From Spirochaetota bacterium (GTDB taxonomy: Bacteria > Spirochaetota > UBA4802 > JAFGDQ01), in the NCBI GenBank assembly GCA_043803405.1, contig JAZDKB010000019.1, positions 304,338 to 368,337 of the forward strand: a DNA stretch of 64,000 nucleotides. Reading direction: 5' to 3'. The notes under the pieces were generated by a model. That model did not search any database. It saw nothing but the letters and a program-made list of their open reading frames with translations, and was not told the origin of the DNA. Made by a program: the position numbers and the translations under genes. Each line of letters opens with the position of its first letter. Position 1 is the first letter of the stretch. Below, one piece after another: positions 29,262-37,200 of the stretch.

Positions 29262-30502
29262 GGTAAGATCTCCTGCCCCAATAAAGCGTGCAGTTCTGAA
29301 TATGACACGCTATATTCTTTCTTAGCCATCAGCAGCTCCTTGCGGTATCTGAGGAGCATCCTCACGGAATCGATAACAGGCATGAATTCAACCGAACTTG
29401 TGCGGTATCTTGATAGTGTTGTTTCAAGTCCAAGCTCAGTCTGCGGAATAAGTTTGTCTTTATATAGTTTGTATAGATCTTTCCATTTAACCAGCTGGCT
29501 GATCAGTATTTCTGTACGGGCTTTCATGTCGTTTAATTTATCCTGGTATATGTTCTTTGCCGACTCATGTTTTTTCCCCATTTCGTCCACCATGTTCATG
29601 TTTTTTTTCCATGACCAGACCGGGATATTGAACGTTATCATTCCGGTCACCATATCATCCCGCTTCATACCATCGGGACTGTTCTGCCTTTGCATGTATG
29701 AAACTCCGATATCCACATCCGGGATATATTCCGATTTTTTAAGGGATATTTCATTCCTGCTTATTTCCGTGTCTATCAGCAGCATTTTAAGCTGAGGATT
29801 CGAAACTGCGATTTCTTTATTTACTGCTTCAACCGATATATCTTTGAAATCCGGTTCCGGCAGTTTATCAATATTTATTTCAACTTTTTTCCCTGTAAGA
29901 TAATTTATTTTCTGTTCGAATTCCTTTCTTTTTTGTATCATTGAGATTATTTCCTCGTCTGCCATATCATACTCGGTTTTTGCTTTGATTACATTGGAAA
30001 GGCTTCCCATCCCGGATTTGCTCGCTGCGATTTCGCTGTCTACTACAAGTTTGATCTGCTTTTTAATATCTTCTATGAACTGAATTGACGAGCGTGTATA
30101 AATAATTTCATAAATATACATTCGCAGCATATAAAGGGTCTCTACTTTTTCAGCTTTGAGTCTTGCAGCTGCTTTTTCATATTCTTTTTCTGCTATGCTC
30201 TTTCTATAACCTAACTTGCCGAGAGGTATCATCTGGGATATTCCGATTTCCTTGGATGTCATATCCTCCTCAGTGAAAGAAAAAGAGCTGACAGGGAGAT
30301 TGTTGACTCCAAGTTTCAGTTTTGGATCTTCAAGGGCATTGCTCTGCGGGATTCGCTTTCTCATCATCTGAGTTTCGGATTCCATTGCTTTAATACGGGG
30401 ATTTTCAGCAAGAGCTGTCTTTTGAAGCTCTTCAAAAGACAGTGTCTGGCCGTAAGCCGGATAGGATAGCCCGACTAAAATTATTAAAAATATTTTTTTC
30501 AT
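29258..30502 (-). CDS. cusC: TolC/CusC-family outer-membrane efflux protein. The start is probably MKKIFLIIL at 30502; the track extends to 30556.
   Basis: Signal peptide, and a two-fold repeated coiled-coil/beta architecture typical of OMF proteins. A 4-bp overlap with cusB. Confidence 0.8.
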   Translation of the reverse strand: MKKIFLIILVGLSYPAYGQTLSFEELQKTALAENPRIKAMESETQMMRKRIPQSNALEDPKLKLGVNNLPVSSFSFTEEDMTSKEIGISQMIPLGKLGYRKSIAEKEYEKAAARLKAEKVETLYMLRMYIYEIIYTRSSIQFIEDIKKQIKLVVDSEIAASKSGMGSLSNVIKAKTEYDMADEEIISMIQKRKEFEQKINYLTGKKVEINIDKLPEPDFKDISVEAVNKEIAVSNPQLKMLLIDTEISRNEISLKKSEYIPDVDIGVSYMQRQNSPDGMKRDDMVTGMITFNIPVWSWKKNMNMVDEMGKKHESAKNIYQDKLNDMKARTEILISQLVKWKDLYKLYKDKLIPQTELGLETTLSRYRTSSVEFMPVIDSVRMLLRYRKELLMAKKEYSVSYSELHALLGQEILP

Positions 30503-31045
30503 AAAATTTTCTGCCCTGAGTACCGGTATATTTCCGGCAAAAAAAATGCCGGTCACTTACTAACAAATAATGCAGCGAATGGTAATTTTTACATGAATAA
30601 ACTGCGCTTAAATTATTTCTACTCGCGTATATTAGATTTATCCATTTTGATTGTATTGTTTGCAGATATATAAGATTTGGATTTTTATTAAAGCAGGCTT
30701 TATTTGTCAGGCTTTCCAAATTCAAAAACTGAATACAGTTACATCCAAAAAAACATAATCAGCATTTGAAAAATGAATTATAAAATCTTTTAAACTATAT
30801 CTATGAAATGTAAAAAAGTCAAATTCGAAATTATTCTTTCGAATAAAATGTTTCTGTTTTTAATAAATTAAAATTAAGTTGCTTATGAAACAATTACTTC
30901 CCGGTTTATTTTTAAAAAATGCAGGAAATATTAAGTGACTTTTTGAAACCCTCCTATTAATATTCTTATCAATCATATTTATTATTTATTCATTTATCAC
31001 AAATTAATTTCTTTATCTTTAATTTTAAAAATAAATCCCGTCAAA

Positions 31046-31810
31046 ATGGAAAAACAAAAAACAAAGGAAATCAAAATGTTCTCTTATCAGGTCTGCGGCA
31101 AAACAAACAAAGGGCTGGTCAGGAATATAAATGAGGATTACTTTTTGTCGGATGTCGAAACCGGGGTTTTCATAGTTGCTGACGGAGTCGGAGGCAGCCA
31201 GGGCGGGGATGTCGCAAGCCGGGTTGCTGCCGAAAGCATTCTAGGATCCCTTGTTGCCATGCATAACAAAGGCGAAAATAATATTGATGATGAATTAATA
31301 GACAGCCTGGTTGACAAAGCACAGGAAGAAATATTTAAATTTTCCGCTACGGATCCTTCACTAAAAGGAATGAGCACTACGGTTGTTTTCGCGGTAACAC
31401 AGGACTCAGGGATCTGGATTGCCAATATAGGTGATTCGCGTGCTTATCTTGTCCGGCACCATAAAATAGAATTGCTTACAAAAGATCATTCCGTGGTCGC
31501 CAAATGGGTTGAAGAAGGAATTATAACAGAAGAGGAAGCCAGGGTGCATCCCTTACGTAATGTCATTACGCAATCTATAGGTTTAGACCTGAGAGAAGGC
31601 TGTTATAAAAGAAAATATAAGATATATAATAAGGATATATTTATTTTATGTTCTGACGGGTTGTGGAACATGCTGAAAGACGACCGGATCAAAGATATAT
31701 GTCTTGGCTCCGACGATGTAGCAACAATATGCGAAAATCTTATTTATTCAGCAAACACAGCCGGAGGCCATGATAATATAACTGTAATAGTGATAAAAGT
31801 TGTTAAATAG
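31046..31810 (+). CDS. PP2C-family Ser/Thr protein phosphatase
   Basis: GKTNKGLVRNINEDYF...VADGVGG...DNITVIV motifs. 254 aa. Confidence 0.9.
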   Translation: MEKQKTKEIKMFSYQVCGKTNKGLVRNINEDYFLSDVETGVFIVADGVGGSQGGDVASRVAAESILGSLVAMHNKGENNIDDELIDSLVDKAQEEIFKFSATDPSLKGMSTTVVFAVTQDSGIWIANIGDSRAYLVRHHKIELLTKDHSVVAKWVEEGIITEEEARVHPLRNVITQSIGLDLREGCYKRKYKIYNKDIFILCSDGLWNMLKDDRIKDICLGSDDVATICENLIYSANTAGGHDNITVIVIKVVK

Positions 31811-31848
31811 ATTTTATAAATTCAACAGGGAAGTAAATGGATATCGGA

Positions 31849-33654
31849 TTACTCCAGCCCTGAAATATGCAAATCTTTGTCAAAAGTAACAACAATGTCA
31901 TATGATATTGTTGTTTTCTGGTTCGGTTTCATTGTAAGAACTATCCTTCTCTGTCCCTGACTGTAACCTGTGTCTTCAGCATTTTCAGCTGGAAGGAAAG
32001 GAGCGGACAGGTTTTTAATTTCCACTTCGATCTTCTCGTTTTGAGATACAGGGATTCTGTCGCGAAGAAGTACCTTTGTTTCAGTCTTGATATTGTTTTC
32101 TACTTTCAGCTGATATGAATAAACAATCCGCCGTTTTCCGCCGAATACTCCGGCAGCGTCCTCGTATTTTTTTACCAGTTCCTTCTGAGCTGTAATACGC
32201 GGTTCCATTCCGAGAACAAGAGTATCCTTTTTACCTGCCGGAATATATGGAAGCGTTACTTTGCCCATATATTCGTTATCAAGAAATACCTGTGTCTCAC
32301 CGGTAAGCCACGGGATCTCGGATGTATTGGTGACTTCCGCGGTGATAAATGCTTCGCATGACTGCCATGAATAAAGTTCGAATTTAAATTCGAGCGATTT
32401 ACCCGGAACAAAATTATACTCTTTGATAAATTTTTTCTGGCTGCTGTTCGTTGACGAAAGATTCTGTTTGAGCGGAAGCTCCAGTTCGATGTACGCTCCT
32501 TTCTCCGTTATCTGGGTAAGCGGAATCTCTGCCGGCTCCGAATCCTTTGCTTTTTGCGGAGGCGAGGCCGGTGCGGCTTTCCTTGCAAATTTTTCTTCTT
32601 TTATCGAATCAGACATGCTTTCTGCCGCGCCATACGAAGGACTATAAATCGAGAGATACCATGGAGCGAAATAGGGTGATATAAGCGCATTGGACGGCGC
32701 ACCGGTGGAGAGAAGCAATTTGATATTTTCCCAGTCTTCTCCTGTTTTCTGAAAGATGCTTCCATATACCGAGAGACTCAACTTACCATTTTCCCTGTCT
32801 GCACGAACATCATATGCCATGTCCCATCGTGTGTTGGGAATGAGGTAACTGAATTCGATTTTAGTTTCTACATCGCGTGCTGAAAACATGTTAAGAACGA
32901 TACGCTTTTCAATATCGGTCCCGGCCGCAGGTTTTTTAAGATACGCGACCTGCTGTGCGTAAAATGCGTTTGATTCGGCATATTGCTGTATTTCCATGCC
33001 CGATCTGTTCTTAACCTGCGCTTTATTGAGAACCTGGTAGTTCGAGTAGTAACTTTGTCCGGCAATCTGCGCCAGTTCGAATTCCCATTTCTGGATTTCT
33101 TTTCCCAGATCTTCCCTGGCAGTTTCAATCCTTCTTCTCGTTGTGACTATAGAATTATTTTTATGTGAACAGTAAGAAAGAGTGTCCTCCCAGACCTTAA
33201 CCTGGGGAATCCGGGTCGCGAGTTCTTTTGAGATATTTGTTTCAGTGAAACTTAATATCGACTTAACGAATTTTTCCTGCGTGTTGAGTGAAGAGAGATC
33301 ATCTATATAATCCTGATCTTTCTGGCGAAGTTTCTTCAGCTTATCTTCAATATCCTGAACTTTTTTCTGGAACCGTTCAACAAGCATTTTCTGTTCGACT
33401 TTAACTGACATTATTTTTCCGTCGTAATCTTTGGGCAAGGAGCTTTTAATCGACCAGTCATGCAATGTTTTAGGGAGACCGGTCATTACGATCTGGTTAT
33501 CTCCTTTTTTAACTTTCACAAGTGCAGTCCGGGTTACGAGAGCCTGGTTCTGATATACCTTGACTGACTGTATGGTGCTTGAATATTCATTATCGGCTGC
33601 AGAACATATCTCTGCAGATAAAATGATCAGTGCAAATATAATAATATATTTCAT
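31849..33654 (-). CDS. Secreted DUF4140/DUF4139-family protein (mucoidy inhibitor MuiA-like) with a central coiled coil
   Basis: Signal peptide, and an N-terminus VKVYQNQALVTRTALVKVKKGDNQIVMTGLP typical of this family. 601 aa. Confidence 0.55.
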   Translation of the reverse strand: MKYIIIFALIILSAEICSAADNEYSSTIQSVKVYQNQALVTRTALVKVKKGDNQIVMTGLPKTLHDWSIKSSLPKDYDGKIMSVKVEQKMLVERFQKKVQDIEDKLKKLRQKDQDYIDDLSSLNTQEKFVKSILSFTETNISKELATRIPQVKVWEDTLSYCSHKNNSIVTTRRRIETAREDLGKEIQKWEFELAQIAGQSYYSNYQVLNKAQVKNRSGMEIQQYAESNAFYAQQVAYLKKPAAGTDIEKRIVLNMFSARDVETKIEFSYLIPNTRWDMAYDVRADRENGKLSLSVYGSIFQKTGEDWENIKLLLSTGAPSNALISPYFAPWYLSIYSPSYGAAESMSDSIKEEKFARKAAPASPPQKAKDSEPAEIPLTQITEKGAYIELELPLKQNLSSTNSSQKKFIKEYNFVPGKSLEFKFELYSWQSCEAFITAEVTNTSEIPWLTGETQVFLDNEYMGKVTLPYIPAGKKDTLVLGMEPRITAQKELVKKYEDAAGVFGGKRRIVYSYQLKVENNIKTETKVLLRDRIPVSQNEKIEVEIKNLSAPFLPAENAEDTGYSQGQRRIVLTMKPNQKTTISYDIVVTFDKDLHISGLE

Positions 33655-33825
33655 GACATGCCTCTTGGTCTGACCTGGTTACGGGAAATACTATGTGTGA
33701 TGCAATTTACATAAACGTTTTTTTGTTCAAAGTCAATTGTTTTTTCAGTTGCTCCCTGCTGCTCCCGGTGTAGAATTATATATTATTCGGACTTTTCAAG
33801 TCTTCGTTATTTCGGTTAATGGAAT

Positions 33826-33921
33826 GTCATTTCGAACCCTGCGCATCCCGAACGAAGTCGGAGGAAAGCAGGGTGAGAAATCTACTTTACTTGAGATTTT
33901 TCCCTTCGGTCAGAATGACAC
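33826..33921 (+). repeat. Structured dispersed repeat, copy A (GTCATTTCGAAC ... GTGAGAAATCT-loop-AGATTTTTC ... CCTTCGG ... AATGAC)
   Basis: It shares the 12-mer GTCATTTCGAAC, the 11-mer GTGAGAAATCT, the 9-mer AGATTTTTC and a CCTTCG block, in the same order and orientation, with copy B at 37044-37122. Confidence 0.65.
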
Positions 33922-34136
33922 TATTTATTATTAATATATCAGTTGTTAATTCGCAGTTCTACTATTAGGACATCCCCTTAAAATTGATAATTATTGTCGC
34001 GGTATATGCATTTAAACAGGTTTTGAGATGCACTCTATTTAATTTTTTTATAGACATGTAAAATAATATATCTATAGTTTTGAAATTCGCCTAAGCATTA
34101 GCAGGTTATAATTAAAAATTCCAAGGAGGATCTTAT

Positions 34137-34796
34137 ATGATTTTTAAATTTAAAAGGTCATTTTTATTTTTAACAGCTCTCTCTCTTTTCGTTTTTTCAA
34201 TCGGATGTTCAACACTGGAAGTAAGCGTTCAGAAGGCATCACCCAAACTTCAGAAAGATGCAAAAATAGCATATTTTAAAACCCCGTTTTGCGATATGGA
34301 TTTACCGATTTTTCCTTTAATTGATGCAGGTATATTAAGAAGCAAAATAAATGATAATATTTCCAAATTTAAGGAAGCTGATAAAACCTCTGAAGGCAAA
34401 ATGGCAGATTTTGCCATAAAATGCATTAAGGAAAAAATCGGAAATCAGTCAGTCATTACAGGAACCCCTATTGATGCGAATGATTTTAATATTATGGATA
34501 ATATCAATTCAAAGATCGAAGCAAAAATTGCCGAAGAATGTCAAAAGGCCAATGCTGCGTATGCCTATATTCCGATTAGTAGAATGAAAGTAAAAAATGT
34601 TTATAATTACGTTGGAGGAATAACATACTTTGAGACAAAGATTTATGTCTGCGATAAGAACGGAAAAATAATCGGCCAGGGATATGTTTCAACTGAGGCT
34701 TTATTAATGTATTCTGATGATTTAAATACATATCAGCTCCTCATTAAAAACAGCGAACCGCTTATAAAGCAGCTTATAGGCCAGATGTTTCAGTAA
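34137..34796 (+). CDS. Lipoprotein, function unknown
   Basis: Lipobox FSIGCS after the signal peptide. A strong aaggagg RBS. Confidence 0.6.
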   Translation: MIFKFKRSFLFLTALSLFVFSIGCSTLEVSVQKASPKLQKDAKIAYFKTPFCDMDLPIFPLIDAGILRSKINDNISKFKEADKTSEGKMADFAIKCIKEKIGNQSVITGTPIDANDFNIMDNINSKIEAKIAEECQKANAAYAYIPISRMKVKNVYNYVGGITYFETKIYVCDKNGKIIGQGYVSTEALLMYSDDLNTYQLLIKNSEPLIKQLIGQMFQ

Positions 34797-34887
34797 GATA
34801 GTTAACACAAAATTTTAATAAACAAATAAGCAAGACCTGCTTTTAATCGGCAGGTCTTGTAATTTCAGTGACATCCTTTATATAAAA

Positions 34888-35337
34888 TTGCGGATTATGA
34901 CAGTTAAACTTATATTTTTATTTATAATAATAGCTTTTTCGTTTTCATTCAATTGCAGTGAAGATAAAGAAACGCACAAAGCGGTTGTTTCTTTTCAAAT
35001 ACAGAAAGAGAAGGAAATAAGCGAAAAGGATGCGGCATTGTATGCCGGTGAATATGACAAAATACAAAATTCTATGGAAAATATTATTAAAAATAATTTC
35101 AATAGTCCGGATAAAGCGGCAGAACTATTGATAAATCTCACAAAAAAGTCCGTTGTTTTAGGAAGGGAAATTTCGAATTGTTCTCAAAAAAGCAATAACA
35201 GAATACTTAAGCATTTAAAGAAAAAAGCAATCGATGATGATGTGTTGAAGAAAACAATGAAGATGTACAATGAAAATAAAAAATTTGCAAAAGCATATAA
35301 CAGCTTTGTGCAGTCATTCAGCAGAAGCGCCGAGTAG
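34888..35337 (+). CDS. Lipoprotein, function unknown
   Basis: Lipobox FSFNCS. Confidence 0.5.
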   Translation: MRIMTVKLIFLFIIIAFSFSFNCSEDKETHKAVVSFQIQKEKEISEKDAALYAGEYDKIQNSMENIIKNNFNSPDKAAELLINLTKKSVVLGREISNCSQKSNNRILKHLKKKAIDDDVLKKTMKMYNENKKFAKAYNSFVQSFSRSAE

Positions 35338-35357
35338 GTATCTCTTCAGTATCCACG

Positions 35358-35897
35358 TTAGCGGTGATGGCGATGCCTGTAATACGGGTAACTCCGGTAC
35401 GGGTAACCCCACCACGGATCATAAAAGGGATATGGCGTATCATAAAAGTATGTGTCTCTCCACAGGTAAATCTCTTTGCTTAGAACAACCGGATACCTGT
35501 AACCGACCTCTCCGATTTGTCTGATCTCTTCGCCAAGGATCTCACCGCCGACTGTAATTTTTCTGCCCTTTCTATAAGCGTACGGATCGAGAAATTTATC
35601 GGATTTAATCAGGAACCTCCCTTCCGATTCAGATGATAGATCGGGTGCGTCGTTTAAATCGAGCGGCTTCTGGTATACCTCAAGCAGGCTTGTGCCGTCC
35701 TGTTTGTTTACGCATTCAATGATCTCGCCGCCCCATACTACGGTCCGACCCTTGTGGGAACCGGCATCTCTGGCAATATCAAGAAAAGAAAGGGAAGGAT
35801 TTGTTCTGGATTTAATTTCCTGCGAAATTACTGTAGCGCATCCGAAAGGAAATGCAAAGATTATTATGATAAAGCTATATTTAAGTAAATTCTGCAT
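35358..35897 (-). CDS. slp: Slp-family outer-membrane lipoprotein
   Basis: Lipobox PFGCA. GRTVVWGGEI...LLEVYQKPLD...GRFLIKSDKFLDPYAYRKGRKITVGGEI...GYRYPVV matches the Slp/YeaY pattern. Confidence 0.7.
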   Translation of the reverse strand: MQNLLKYSFIIIIFAFPFGCATVISQEIKSRTNPSLSFLDIARDAGSHKGRTVVWGGEIIECVNKQDGTSLLEVYQKPLDLNDAPDLSSESEGRFLIKSDKFLDPYAYRKGRKITVGGEILGEEIRQIGEVGYRYPVVLSKEIYLWRDTYFYDTPYPFYDPWWGYPYRSYPYYRHRHHR

Positions 35898-36113
35898 TAC
35901 AAATACCCCGGCATGTTAAAGATATATGTATGATAAAAACTTTTTAATAAAATCATATTTAATCTCTTAGGGTTAAATTCCCCGCAGCTATGCTGTGAGG
36001 AGGATTCAATATGCGTGTCCTGTAACCTCTATAACGCAACAAACGAATTTAGTACAGCTTTTTATTTCAACGCCTTGAAACATAATATCCCGCAGATACT
36101 GTCAGGGGTATGT

Positions 36114-36140
36114 CCAATGTCATTACCTTAATGACATTGG
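36114..36140. promoter_or_regulatory. Perfect 12-3-12 palindrome CCAATGTCATTA-cct-TAATGACATTGG in the divergent slp / Ala-Lys-repeat-gene intergenic region. Operator-like.
   Basis: Read directly. The AATGTCAT core also occurs in the arms of the 12999-13112 element and in repeat copy A. Confidence 0.5.
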
Positions 36141-36194
36141 GGGCTTGCCACTGGGAATTTTATTTGAATTAGATGAGCTTTCTAAAACCGCAAA

Positions 36195-36228
36195 AAATCC
36201 AATTGACTTTTTAAATTCCTTTTATCAA
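36195..36228 (+). promoter_or_regulatory. Second copy of the promoter-like motif AAAATCCAATTGACTTTTTAAATTCCTTTTATCAA, 47 bp upstream of the Ala/Lys-repeat gene
   Basis: 30 of 33 nt identical to 10427-10460. Confidence 0.5.
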
Positions 36229-36274
36229 TATTTCTCCCAATCAATCTTAATACTTTATTTTACAGGAGTATCAC

Positions 36275-37000
36275 ATGTTATTACGCAACCTTAGCCGCTA
36301 TTTTATTATTTCCGTGTTTGCGCTCTCATTTATATTCACCGGACAACAATTCTCTTTTTCGCAGGGAACAGCGCCCGCGAAAACGAAGGCAGTGGAAACG
36401 CCTGCCGCGGCTGCTGTAAAGACCGCTGCCGTACCCACTGACGCCGACCTTCAGGCGGATGCGGACGCAAAGGCGAAAGCCGCTGCCGAAGCTAAAGCCG
36501 ATTACGATGCGAAAGCGAAAATTACTGCGGATTCCAAAGCGGATTACGATGCAAAAGCAAAAGTAGCTGCTGCTGCGAAAGCGGATTACGAAGCAAAAGC
36601 GAAAATTTCCGGCAAGGCAAAAGCCGACTTTAACGCAAAATCAAGATCAGCAGATGATGCTAAACTGAAGATTACCGCCAGGGCAAAAGCAAAGACCGCT
36701 GCCGAAGCGAAAGAAAAAGCTGCAATCGCTGCAAAGGCAAAAGCCGAAGAGAACGCAAAGAAAAAAGCGGAGGCCGACGCAAAGAGAAAGGCTGCCGCAG
36801 AAGCCAGGAAAAAAGCTGAAGAAGAAGCGAAAGTAAAAGCAGACGCAGCGGCAAAGGCTAAAGCCGAAGCTAAAAAGAAAGCAGCCGAAGAAGCAAAAGC
36901 CAAAGCCGAGGCTGCGGCAAAGGCTAAAGCCGACGCGGATGCAAAGAAGAAAGCGGATGCAGACGCAAAGATAAAAACAGAGCCGGAGCCAAAGAAATAA
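36275..37000 (+). CDS. Secreted Ala/Lys/Asp/Glu-rich low-complexity repeat protein (TolA-central-domain-like). GC-richer than the flanking DNA.
   Basis: Signal peptide, then repeats AKAKADYDAKAK / KKKAEADAKRKAAAEA. The antisense ORFs over it are artefacts. Confidence 0.6.
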   Translation: MLLRNLSRYFIISVFALSFIFTGQQFSFSQGTAPAKTKAVETPAAAAVKTAAVPTDADLQADADAKAKAAAEAKADYDAKAKITADSKADYDAKAKVAAAAKADYEAKAKISGKAKADFNAKSRSADDAKLKITARAKAKTAAEAKEKAAIAAKAKAEENAKKKAEADAKRKAAAEARKKAEEEAKVKADAAAKAKAEAKKKAAEEAKAKAEAAAKAKADADAKKKADADAKIKTEPEPKK

Positions 37001-37043
37001 CCGGACAAAAAGCATGGGCAGTTTAAGTAATGATTAGTATAGA

Positions 37044-37122
37044 GTCATTTCGAACGAATGTGAGAAATCTCCTGATTAAGTGTAAAAATAGATTTTTCAG
37101 CCCCTATCGTTCCTTCGAAATG
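37044..37122 (+). repeat. Structured dispersed repeat, copy B. Outer stem CATTTCGAACGA / TCGTTCCTTCGAAATG; inner hairpin GAGAAATCT / AGATTTTTC.
   Basis: See copy A. It lies between the repeat-protein stop (37000) and the next gene start (37201). Confidence 0.65.
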
Positions 37123-37200
37123 CTAATTCAATCGTAAACTGTCATAGTATCACAATTCAAAAAACATAATTTTCAATTTTGAACCAAGAGATCACCTTGT

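Noticed and set aside
33737-33934. 65-aa ORF MFFQLLPAAPG...
   Set aside because: It spans structured repeat copy A and has no RBS. Better explained as noncoding structured sequence.
36586-37015. Antisense ORFs (140, 122, 60 aa) rich in A/F/S/L/C over the Ala/Lys repeat gene
   Set aside because: A low-complexity mirror of the GCN/AAR-rich sense strand. The sense ORF has a signal peptide and a shared promoter motif.
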